DNA from: a virus
Taxonomy: Duplodnaviria > Caudoviricetes
Reading direction: 5' to 3' (one strand)
Virus record (IMG/VR): IMGVR_UViG_3300027887_000021
Span: 1 to 44,507 of that record
DNA: 44,507 bases
Notes under the pieces: model-generated
What the model saw: only the letters and a program-made list of their open reading frames with translations
Databases searched by the model: none
Told to the model about the DNA's origin: nothing
Shown here: piece by piece, positions 35,813-43,579 of the stretch
Layout of the letters: each line of letters starts with the position of its first letter
Position numbering within the stretch: position 1 is the stretch's first letter
Position numbers and translations under genes: made by a program

Positions 35813-36196
35813 CCGTCCGTAGGTACGTTGTTCCACGCTTTAACATAAGAATTTTTACTATATGTAACTCATTGATTTGCAAAGGAAAGCAGGGTGTGTA
35901 TGGGGGGAGTTGCGTGGAACTATGCCGAGGGTACACTAGAGGGTGGGTTGGTAAGTTATTGATTTATAAGGGAGTGTATTCTGGAGAGGTTTTGAGGTCT
36001 ACGCATTTAAGCTAAATAAAAAACACTTAATTATTGGTAATGAAATCAACGACTTACAGAGGTGGCGCGGGGTGTGGTGGAGATAACTCATTGATTTGTA
36101 ACGAGAAGTTTTTCCAGCCAAAGAATCCTATCCCCGTCAACCAAATTCTGCTGATGGGAATTTACGTCATTAATTGCACTGAGTGATACTAATATC

Positions 36197-38044
36197 ATGG
36201 ACATGGCTTCAATCTCTGCTGCGACGTTGACTCGACTCCGTGCCCACGCCAAGGCGCAGAAAGACCCACAACAGAAACAAGTGTGGTATCGGGCGATTGA
36301 CGAGTTTGACTCGGGGTTTGACACCAGGGAGTTGGTTTATCTCATTCAGGTGAAGGAGTACCCGGTTTCGTTTGAGGAGTTCATGTTCGGGGACAAGTTC
36401 CTTGCCCGCCCCAAGGATGAGATCTACCCAGCAGTGCTGGAAGAGCTAATCAAGATCAACAACCCAGGCGAGAAGCGGCTGTCGAATCCGTACACGGAGA
36501 TTGTTCTGACCGGAGGTATTGGTTCGGCGAAGACGACGACAGCTCTCTATACGCTTGCCTACCAGTTGTATGTCTTATCGATGTTTCCCTCTCCTCACTC
36601 GACCTTCGGCATGGACTCGACCTCCGAGATCCTGTTCGTGTTCCAGTCTCTCTCTGGGATACTCGCTAAATCTGTCGATTACGCTCGCTTCAAAGCGATC
36701 ATGGATCAGTCCGTGTACTTTCACCGGGAGTTTCCGTATCGGACAGACCTGGAGTCAGAGTTAAGGTTCCCGAATCGCATTATCGTAAAGCCCATCTCTT
36801 CTGATATCGGAGCGATTGGTCAGAACGTGATTGGTGGGCTAATAGACGAGGTCAACTTCATGTCGTTGGTCGAGAAGTCGGTCAAGAACGTGGACCGGGG
36901 TACGTATGATCAGGCTCTGCAGATCTACAACGGTATCGCGAGACGAAGGAAGAGTCGTTTTCTACAGCAAGGATCGATGCCGGGAGTGCTCTGTCTTGTC
37001 TCGTCCAAGAAGTACCCTGGCGAATTCACCGACATGAAGATTGCAGAGGCGCAGAAGGACCCGACGATCTACATCTACGACAAATGCGTATGGCAGATCA
37101 AGCCGCCCAATACGTTTTCAGGGAAGTGGTTCAAGGTGTTCGTGGGCGACATGTCCCGCAAGCCACGAATACTGGAGGACGGTGATCCTCTGTTAGTAGA
37201 GGACAAGCTGGTCAAGGACATTCCTATCGAGTACCGCAAGGAATTCACCAACGACATTATCGGTTCACTGCGGGATATCGCGGGTGTCTCCACTATGGCG
37301 AGGCACCCGTTTATTCTGGATGTGGATAGAGCATCGAAATGCTTTGGTACGCACAAGTCGATCTTTTCCCTGGAGGAGACGGATTTCCAGTCGTCTATTC
37401 TGCATCTGTTTCCGGGTAGGACGAAGGAGCATCAGTATCCACGGTGGGCACACGTTGACCTGGGCTTGACGAATGATAGCTGCGGTCTGGCGATTGGATA
37501 TTGCCCAGGTTTCAAGGCGCAAGAGTTTGAGGGCAATGAAGAGCTGATGCCCATCGTGCATATCGACGGTTTGCTGCGGATAACGCCACCTCCGAATGGC
37601 GAGATTTTGTTTCATAAGGTAAGAGAGATCCTGTACCAGTTGCGGAACAAGGGTATACCGATCCGGTGGGTGAGCTTCGACACATATCAGAGTGTGGACT
37701 CGGTGCAAACGCTGAAGCAGCGGGGATTCATGGCGGGCAACGTGACGCTGGATAAGACCACGGCTCCCTACGAGTTTCTGAAGATGGCTTTGTACGATCA
37801 ACGAGTGTTCGCGCCCACGCACGAGAAGTGCGTCGAGGAGCTGCTGTCTTTGGAGCGGGACCTGAAGCGGGGCAAGATCGATCACCCACCGAATGGCAGT
37901 AAGGACGTTGCCGATGCGTTGGCGGGAGTGGTGTATGGCATCACGATGCGTCGAGAGACTTGGCACCAGCACCGGGTGCAGATTTCGGTTGCGCTCACCA
38001 ACTACATCCGTAAAATCGAGCAGGCTAAGCGAACAGTCGCGTAG
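36197..38044 (+). CDS. terL: terminase large subunit
   Basis: Walker A GGIGSAKT, Walker B LIDE, nuclease HVDLG, FD.YQS, KIDHPPNGSKDVADA. Confidence 0.92.
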   Translation: MDMASISAATLTRLRAHAKAQKDPQQKQVWYRAIDEFDSGFDTRELVYLIQVKEYPVSFEEFMFGDKFLARPKDEIYPAVLEELIKINNPGEKRLSNPYTEIVLTGGIGSAKTTTALYTLAYQLYVLSMFPSPHSTFGMDSTSEILFVFQSLSGILAKSVDYARFKAIMDQSVYFHREFPYRTDLESELRFPNRIIVKPISSDIGAIGQNVIGGLIDEVNFMSLVEKSVKNVDRGTYDQALQIYNGIARRRKSRFLQQGSMPGVLCLVSSKKYPGEFTDMKIAEAQKDPTIYIYDKCVWQIKPPNTFSGKWFKVFVGDMSRKPRILEDGDPLLVEDKLVKDIPIEYRKEFTNDIIGSLRDIAGVSTMARHPFILDVDRASKCFGTHKSIFSLEETDFQSSILHLFPGRTKEHQYPRWAHVDLGLTNDSCGLAIGYCPGFKAQEFEGNEELMPIVHIDGLLRITPPPNGEILFHKVREILYQLRNKGIPIRWVSFDTYQSVDSVQTLKQRGFMAGNVTLDKTTAPYEFLKMALYDQRVFAPTHEKCVEELLSLERDLKRGKIDHPPNGSKDVADALAGVVYGITMRRETWHQHRVQISVALTNYIRKIEQAKRTVA

Positions 38045-38137
38045 CGGGCTTGCGCTGTGACCCTCCGTGGAGGGGCCGGACAACCGGGTATTCCACGGCT
38101 CGCCCAGCGGAAGGTGGTGGGCTCATAAACAACATCC

Positions 38138-38233
38138 GCAGCCGGGGCTCGGTTTCCCCAAGCATGGGCATCTTGATGAGCCTCTTGATGCGTGTGTCTC
38201 CTTACCGAGTGACCCGGCCCCCCTCGGGGGTTT
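38138..38233. ncRNA. candidate rod-like structured RNA
   Basis: GCCGGG-G-CTCGGT...ACCGAG-TGA-CCCGGC with inner GCATC/GATGC stem, then a C/G hairpin plus TTT. Confidence 0.35.
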
Positions 38234-38251
38234 CATCAACCAGGAGGATTT

Positions 38252-38536
38252 ATGGATACGCTGTGCAAGAATTGCGGTGCCTTCGATGCTTTTAATCCCG
38301 AGGACTCCAACTCGGTAGGGTTTTGCCGGATCAATCCGCCAGTACTCGTGATGACGAAGCGGTATGAAAAGGATAAGCCGCTTGACGAGGTCCCTATGGG
38401 ACTGTGGCCTATGGTGCATTGCGAGGAGTGGTGTGAGGCGTTTCATCCGAATGAGAAATTCCTCGCTGACCAAGAGAAGAAAGAGAACGAGTTGTTCGAC
38501 AAGATTTTGGCGACGGAGATCTTAGGGAAGATGTAG
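38252..38536 (+). CDS. Cys-rich hypothetical protein
   Basis: AGGAGG RBS; CKNC...CRINPP...WP.V...WC. Confidence 0.7.
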   Translation: MDTLCKNCGAFDAFNPEDSNSVGFCRINPPVLVMTKRYEKDKPLDEVPMGLWPMVHCEEWCEAFHPNEKFLADQEKKENELFDKILATEILGKM

Positions 38537-38538
38537 CC

Positions 38539-39132
38539 ATGTCTTTTGACGAGATCTATCTGCAGATCGTCGGCAAGACCCTGGTGTCGAGGGATCGTTG
38601 TCTTGCGTTGTACAACCTTGCTAAATCGTGTGCTCTGCTGCCAGGATGTTTTTACGAGTGCGGTGTCTACAAAGGTGGCACCGCATTTTTGTTGGCGCAG
38701 TTCGGCAAGACCCTGAAGCTGTTCGATTCGTTTGAAGGTCTTCCTGAGCCAAACGAGTACGACCTACACAAGAAGGGTGACTTCGCCGACACGAATGCCA
38801 AAGAGGTGGCTCGTTGGTTGTCGTTTCCCAACGTGGAGATACATCAGGGATGGTTGCCGTACACGTTTCCCGAGACCGATCTGATTGCCTTTGCCCATGT
38901 GGATGTGGACCTGTATCAGTCGGTGTGGGACTGCTGCGAGTTCATCGTGCCTCGACTGGCGCAGAGCGGAGTCATCGTGTTCGATGACTATGGTTTTCCT
39001 TCGTGCCCTGGTGCAAAGAAAGCGGTAGACGATTGGTTTGGAAACTACGAGGGCACTCCGGATAGAGTGCAACGGCTACCCACGGGTCAAGCGGTGTACA
39101 TCCAGTATCGAGAACCTCGCGATGACTACTAG
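38539..39132 (+). CDS. TylF/MycF-family O-methyltransferase
   Basis: ECGVYKGG, FDSFEGLP, HVDVDLY, FDDY. Confidence 0.88.
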   Translation: MSFDEIYLQIVGKTLVSRDRCLALYNLAKSCALLPGCFYECGVYKGGTAFLLAQFGKTLKLFDSFEGLPEPNEYDLHKKGDFADTNAKEVARWLSFPNVEIHQGWLPYTFPETDLIAFAHVDVDLYQSVWDCCEFIVPRLAQSGVIVFDDYGFPSCPGAKKAVDDWFGNYEGTPDRVQRLPTGQAVYIQYREPRDDY

Positions 39133-39304
39133 GGTCTTGTATCGAGTAGTGGGGACATTTCCTGATGGTAGTGAAAGATTTTTGGGGAGCTTTGTCACGC
39201 TAGAAAAGGCACAGACAAAGATCGCATTGCTGCGTCAAGGATGTTCACCCTGCGCTAAAAAAAGCTACGGAGAGCTAAAGGTTGTCGAAGTGGTTGTGCC
39301 ATGA
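39122..39304 (+). CDS. small hypothetical protein
   Basis: overlapping coupled ORF. Confidence 0.5.
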   Translation: MTTRVLYRVVGTFPDGSERFLGSFVTLEKAQTKIALLRQGCSPCAKKSYGELKVVEVVVP

Positions 39305-39720
39305 GGACCTGTGCAGGTTGCACGCTGTGCTGCAAAGTCATGGCTGTCGCCTCGATTCAAAAACCGGTGAAGCAATGGTGCGTGCATTGCGACACTTCTT
39401 CCGGATGCTTGATTTATGAGGATAGGCCCGCCGAGTGTCGCACGTTCAACTGTCTGTGGCTGGGTTCTGATAACGAATGGCAAAAGCTGTTAGCTGACTG
39501 TAAGCCAGACAAGGTGAAGTTCCTCTTGACCTGGGAGGAAGACATTCAATCTATCGTAGTGCATCCAGACCCTGGCTATCCGCACCAGTGGCTGGAGAAG
39601 CTCAGTGTGTTGGTGCCGATTGGTAATCAGCTTTCACTGGTGGTGGTATCTGGTAAAAAGGTCCTGGGGATAGGCAGCAAGTCGCAAGAGAAGTATGGTG
39701 TTGTCGATGAAAACTTGTGA
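39301..39720 (+). CDS. YkgJ-like Cys-cluster (Zn/Fe) protein
   Basis: CAGCTLCC...C.HC...GC.IYE.RP.ECR.F.C. Confidence 0.8.
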   Translation: MRTCAGCTLCCKVMAVASIQKPVKQWCVHCDTSSGCLIYEDRPAECRTFNCLWLGSDNEWQKLLADCKPDKVKFLLTWEEDIQSIVVHPDPGYPHQWLEKLSVLVPIGNQLSLVVVSGKKVLGIGSKSQEKYGVVDENL

Positions 39721-40096
39721 CGGCTGCATGGCTTGCTGTGTGGCTTTCGATATTCCGGAATTGGGGAAGAAGAAAGGGGAGCCCTGTCCCTGGCAACAGG
39801 AGGGGTGCAGTCATTACGAAGAGCGTCCCCAACGCTGTCGCATCTTCTCCTGCCTTTATCAGCAGGAGCAGTTGGGGTTTGGAGAGATGTTCCCTCCAAA
39901 GGTTGGATTCTTTGCTGGGTATAACGTCACTACGGAAACTCTGGATGTCTTTCCAGATCCGCAGCATCGATCTGTGTGGAAACGCTTTCTGCCTCGCCTT
40001 AGGAGGCTAGGGAAGACGTTTCCAATTATGGTAGTCTCTCCCGAGACAGTGCAGCCTCTGGGAGAGAAGGCTAAGATGATACGGATTGTCAGATGA
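39707..40096 (+). CDS. YkgJ-like Cys-cluster protein, paralog
   Basis: CDGCMACC...GCSHYEERPQRCRIFSC. Confidence 0.8.
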   Translation: MKTCDGCMACCVAFDIPELGKKKGEPCPWQQEGCSHYEERPQRCRIFSCLYQQEQLGFGEMFPPKVGFFAGYNVTTETLDVFPDPQHRSVWKRFLPRLRRLGKTFPIMVVSPETVQPLGEKAKMIRIVR

Positions 40097-40283
40097 AATC
40101 GATCCTCTTCTCTTCAAACATTCTGCGGTCTGCAAACTCCTGTTGCTTGCCTGGATTCCACTCGGTTACTGGACGATGATATCCCATGACACGGGACCAG
40201 ATTTCACAGCGGGTCCTTTCACTATTGTCTAGCTCAATCACCTTCTTCTGTACTGGGAGTGTAGCGGTGGTGGGTATGGTCAT
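40089..40283 (-). CDS. stand-alone NrdD C-terminal (glycyl-radical loop) mini-protein
   Basis: CEIWSRVMGYHRPVTEWNPGKQQEFADR; minus-strand GAGGA RBS. Confidence 0.8.
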   Translation of the reverse strand: MTIPTTATLPVQKKVIELDNSERTRCEIWSRVMGYHRPVTEWNPGKQQEFADRRMFEEKRIDFI

Positions 40284-40440
40284 GCCGTCGATCCTCAACA
40301 ATGAGTCGATTGAGAAGGTCCCTAGCCTGGAACCAACACGCAATCTCACCCGTGCGTAACAGGTGGCAGATATGTTCCAGGGCTCGATGAATTTCAAGGC
40401 TATTCACTGAACCAGTCTACACCTGCCTAAGGCTCTCTTC

Positions 40441-41421
40441 ATGGACCTCAAAGACTTCTCTACTAAACGACTTGCCGGTATCGTGATCCTCTGCACAGGT
40501 GGTCGAGGCGACCTCGTGAACACGGAACCTGCGCTTCGGTACTTCGTCAACAAGGCATTTCTGCACACTCCCGTGATCATCGTCTCTGAGCTGCCTGAGC
40601 TGTTTCGGCACCTGGAGAGCGAACGGGTTACTTCGGTGTCAAAGCAGGAAGCTAGGGAATCAGATGAGGATTGGGCTCATCACGGGATACTGTTCAACAA
40701 CAATCACCAGAAGGGGCTGGTACGAGGGCTCAATCAGCCACTGATGCATGGTGTCGATAACGCAGCGATCTACCTGTTGGGTTACACACTGCCCAATGCG
40801 GACAAACGAGTGAAGCTTCCTCCTCCTTCGCAGGAAGAGATCGAGTCGTTCAGAGACAAGCTGTCTCGCTATGCCTTGGTTCCCGAGGAGACCCTGCTCA
40901 TTCATGCAGGAGATACCTGGCAGACTCGCACAATCCCTGTTGAATGGTGGGACGAATTCATTGGTGCTTATCCTTACCCCGTCTGTCTGATCGGCATCTC
41001 CAATCCGACGAAGGAAGAAGAGGCTCGCTTCTGCAACAAGGGCAAACACGTTCGTGCCGTTCTACAGCTTCCCAAGGTAGCGTCCCTGGTCAATGAGCTG
41101 TCCATACGCGAGACCGTTGTTGCCGTCTCGCAGTGCTGGGGGCTCATCACCAATGATTCGCTACCCGTGCATATCGCGGGAGCGTTTACCAACTACCTGT
41201 TCACGGCTGCTACTTCGAAGCACTGGGACAACCTCAAGCCGTATGGTCACCGACGCTCATACAACTTCGGCAAAGAAGTCTTTGGGCCTTCGTGGCACTC
41301 CAAGATCGATGTGGTGTGGAGCTTCGAAGAGTTTCCCGAGGGCGTAGACAGTTTGTTGCCTTACCTTGATCCTCCCACCAAAGTGGCTGATCTCGTTGCT
41401 TCCAAATACGAGGGGTTGTGA
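40441..41421 (+). CDS. glycosyltransferase family 9 (heptosyltransferase-like)
   Basis: GGRGDLV, IHAG..W..R, LITNDSLPVHIAGA. Confidence 0.8.
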   Translation: MDLKDFSTKRLAGIVILCTGGRGDLVNTEPALRYFVNKAFLHTPVIIVSELPELFRHLESERVTSVSKQEARESDEDWAHHGILFNNNHQKGLVRGLNQPLMHGVDNAAIYLLGYTLPNADKRVKLPPPSQEEIESFRDKLSRYALVPEETLLIHAGDTWQTRTIPVEWWDEFIGAYPYPVCLIGISNPTKEEEARFCNKGKHVRAVLQLPKVASLVNELSIRETVVAVSQCWGLITNDSLPVHIAGAFTNYLFTAATSKHWDNLKPYGHRRSYNFGKEVFGPSWHSKIDVVWSFEEFPEGVDSLLPYLDPPTKVADLVASKYEGL

Positions 41422-42365
41422 TGCCTCCCAATCTGCTCATCCTGTGCCATGGAGGACGAGGCGACATCGTCAACTCGGAACCTCCGGTTCGCTACCTTGT
41501 CGAGAAAGTGTTTCATCAGTCGGAGAAGATCGCAATCTCTTCCGAGTTCACCGAGCCCTTTGAACATCTGCAGAGCGAGCAGGTATCGCTTTACCTCAAC
41601 GAGTACACTTACGAGCACATGGCTGAGGAGTTTCTTGGCTACACCGTGTTGTGTGCTTTCGAGCATGACAAGAGACCCGTGCATGGTCTCAATCAGCCGA
41701 TGATGCATGGGGTGGACTATGCTTCGCTGCATTTGTTGGGATACATGCCGCCGGAGAAATACCGAAGAGTGCGGCTGCTGCCTCCCAGCAAGGAAGAAGT
41801 GGAAGCCATGCAGCAGTCTTTCGCAGAGCTGGGCCTGGACCTCACTCGCACGCTACTCATTCATCCGGGGCAGACCTGGGAGACCAGAACGATACCTGCC
41901 GAATGGTGGAAGGTTTTTTTGGAAAGCTATCCCTATCCAGTCTGCGTCATTGGTAGCAGTGATCTGCGGGTGTGTGGGGACAATCAATTGGTCAGAGGGT
42001 TGTTACCTGCCACTGGAGTTCCTTCCATGGCGAACAAGCTTACGATCCGAGGCTCCATCGTTGCCATCTCGCAAGCCAAGGGTCTGCTTACCAACGACTC
42101 TTACCCGTTACACGTAGCAGGAGCTTTCGATAATTACCTCTTCTATTTCGCCACCACTAAAGACGAGGCTGCTCTCAAGCCATATGGGAGAAAGAGAGCC
42201 TACAACTTCTCCAAGAACGTGATCCCCGACGACTGGTATACGCATCTAGACATCAAGGTGGACTTCAACGTCTTTCCTCCCGGTGTCACCAGCTTGATGC
42301 CCTTTCTCATGCACCCGAAGGAAGCGGCACGTTTCATACAAGAGTGTTTCGACTTCGGAGGCTGA
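41418..42365 (+). CDS. glycosyltransferase family 9, paralog
   Basis: GGRGDIV, IHPG..W..R, LLTNDSYPLHVAGA. Confidence 0.8.
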   Translation: MMPPNLLILCHGGRGDIVNSEPPVRYLVEKVFHQSEKIAISSEFTEPFEHLQSEQVSLYLNEYTYEHMAEEFLGYTVLCAFEHDKRPVHGLNQPMMHGVDYASLHLLGYMPPEKYRRVRLLPPSKEEVEAMQQSFAELGLDLTRTLLIHPGQTWETRTIPAEWWKVFLESYPYPVCVIGSSDLRVCGDNQLVRGLLPATGVPSMANKLTIRGSIVAISQAKGLLTNDSYPLHVAGAFDNYLFYFATTKDEAALKPYGRKRAYNFSKNVIPDDWYTHLDIKVDFNVFPPGVTSLMPFLMHPKEAARFIQECFDFGG

Positions 42366-42366
42366 C

Positions 42367-42945
42367 ATGCTGGAGACATCGAAGACCATCATGCGTCGGT
42401 TGTCGGACAGTCGTTTTCTCTCGCGCTACTTCGTTGGCGAAGGCATAGACATTGGTGCGGGCAATGATCCGTTAGCCAGCTATGCACAACTGTTCCCGCT
42501 ATGTCGAGGAGTCCGGTCCTGGGATATCAAGGATGGTGATGCCCAATACATGCATGGAGTGGACAACAGCTCTTACGACTTCGTGCATTCCTCGCACTGC
42601 CTGGAGCACATGATCTCTCCCGAGCAAGCGTTGTGGTCCTGGTGGAACATCTTGCGCCCCAACGGACACTTGATTATCTTGGTGCCAGACGAAGACCTCT
42701 ACGAGCAAGGACAATGGCCGAGTCGATTCAATCCTGATCACAAGCACACGTTCACCATCTACAAGAAGAAGTCCTGGAGTCCCGTGAGCGTGAACGTCAT
42801 CTCTTTAATCGAGACACTGCAACGCTGTGAGACGATCAAGATAGAGCTGCTGGATGCTTCGTACCGTAGGTCCAACCAGCTAGTCGATCAGACTACGACG
42901 CCAATCGGTGAGTGTGCAATTGAGATCATTCTGAGGAAGCGATGA
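42367..42945 (+). CDS. class I SAM-dependent methyltransferase
   Basis: GIDIGAG, YDFVHSSHCLEH, LRPNG. Confidence 0.85.
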   Translation: MLETSKTIMRRLSDSRFLSRYFVGEGIDIGAGNDPLASYAQLFPLCRGVRSWDIKDGDAQYMHGVDNSSYDFVHSSHCLEHMISPEQALWSWWNILRPNGHLIILVPDEDLYEQGQWPSRFNPDHKHTFTIYKKKSWSPVSVNVISLIETLQRCETIKIELLDASYRRSNQLVDQTTTPIGECAIEIILRKR

Positions 42946-43379
42946 AGATCACTGACTTCGTTGGCATCGCTCAAGCGGTTGCTGCAAGGTCCAAGGACCA
43001 CTCGACCAAGGTGGGAGCCCTCATTATTGGTCCGGATTTCGAGATCCGGTCCACTGGCTGGAATGGCTTTCCGAGAGGAGTCATGGAATATGACTTCCGT
43101 ATCGACAATCGACAAACCAAGTACGCTTTTACTGCTCATGCTGAGCTGAATGCAGTGTGCAATGCTGCCCGAGTCGGGACCCCCACCAAAGATTGCGTGA
43201 TGCTAGTGACCTCGTTGCATCCCTGCCAGGAGTGCGCGAAAGCCATCGTGCAGGCTGGCATTAAGACCGTCTACGCGCCTAAGGATCGTGACGCGGAGGC
43301 GGCGATGCGTTGGGACCAGTCGGCGGGGGTTGCCGGGGAGATTCTGGAGGAAGCTGGCGTAAGCGTAATCTGGTATTGA
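42942..43379 (+). CDS. dCMP deaminase
   Basis: RSKD.STKVGA, GWNGFPRG, HAE, PCQEC. Confidence 0.92.
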   Translation: MKITDFVGIAQAVAARSKDHSTKVGALIIGPDFEIRSTGWNGFPRGVMEYDFRIDNRQTKYAFTAHAELNAVCNAARVGTPTKDCVMLVTSLHPCQECAKAIVQAGIKTVYAPKDRDAEAAMRWDQSAGVAGEILEEAGVSVIWY

Positions 43380-43404
43380 CAAACATGGATAACGGAGATA
43401 GCCT
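43376..43404 (+). promoter_or_regulatory. sigma70-type promoter
   Basis: TTGACA-17 bp-TAGCCT. Confidence 0.55.
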
Positions 43405-43410
43405 GAGCAC

Positions 43411-43556
43411 GCTGGAGGACTGCATCGAGGGCAGTTCGTAATTGAGACGTAGATTGAGGTGGGCACCATCCGTTAAATGGCTTCCGGCCCGGATAGGCAA
43501 GGACTCAGGTCCTGCGCTTGCATCAGTCACCTGAGCGACCTGGACAGTCCTCCAGC
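43411..43556 (+). ncRNA. candidate ~146 nt structured RNA or leader
   Basis: perfect 12-bp closing stem beginning at the predicted +1; internal hairpins. Confidence 0.5.
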
Positions 43557-43579
43557 CCAAACTAAGGAGTGGGGCAACT

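Larger units (their letters stand above)
34956..36096. promoter_or_regulatory. cluster of six IHF consensus sites
   Basis: WATCAANNNNTTR at about 34956(+), 35017(-), 35865(-), 35952(-), 36044(+), 36084(-). Confidence 0.75.

Noticed and set aside
34922-36015. ORFs 34922..35215, 35523..35822, 35715..35936 and 35776..36015
   Set aside because: They run through dif, IHF, palindrome and tandem-repeat DNA and have implausible composition.
17293-38083. Long minus-strand ORFs such as 17293..18003, 19280..19903, 22632..23231 and 37265..38083
   Set aside because: They are antisense shadows of well-supported + strand genes, with no motifs or RBS.
38110-38160. GGGCTCATAA resembling a tRNA-Met anticodon loop
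   Set aside because: No TTC T-arm, acceptor stem or D-arm pairing could be built.
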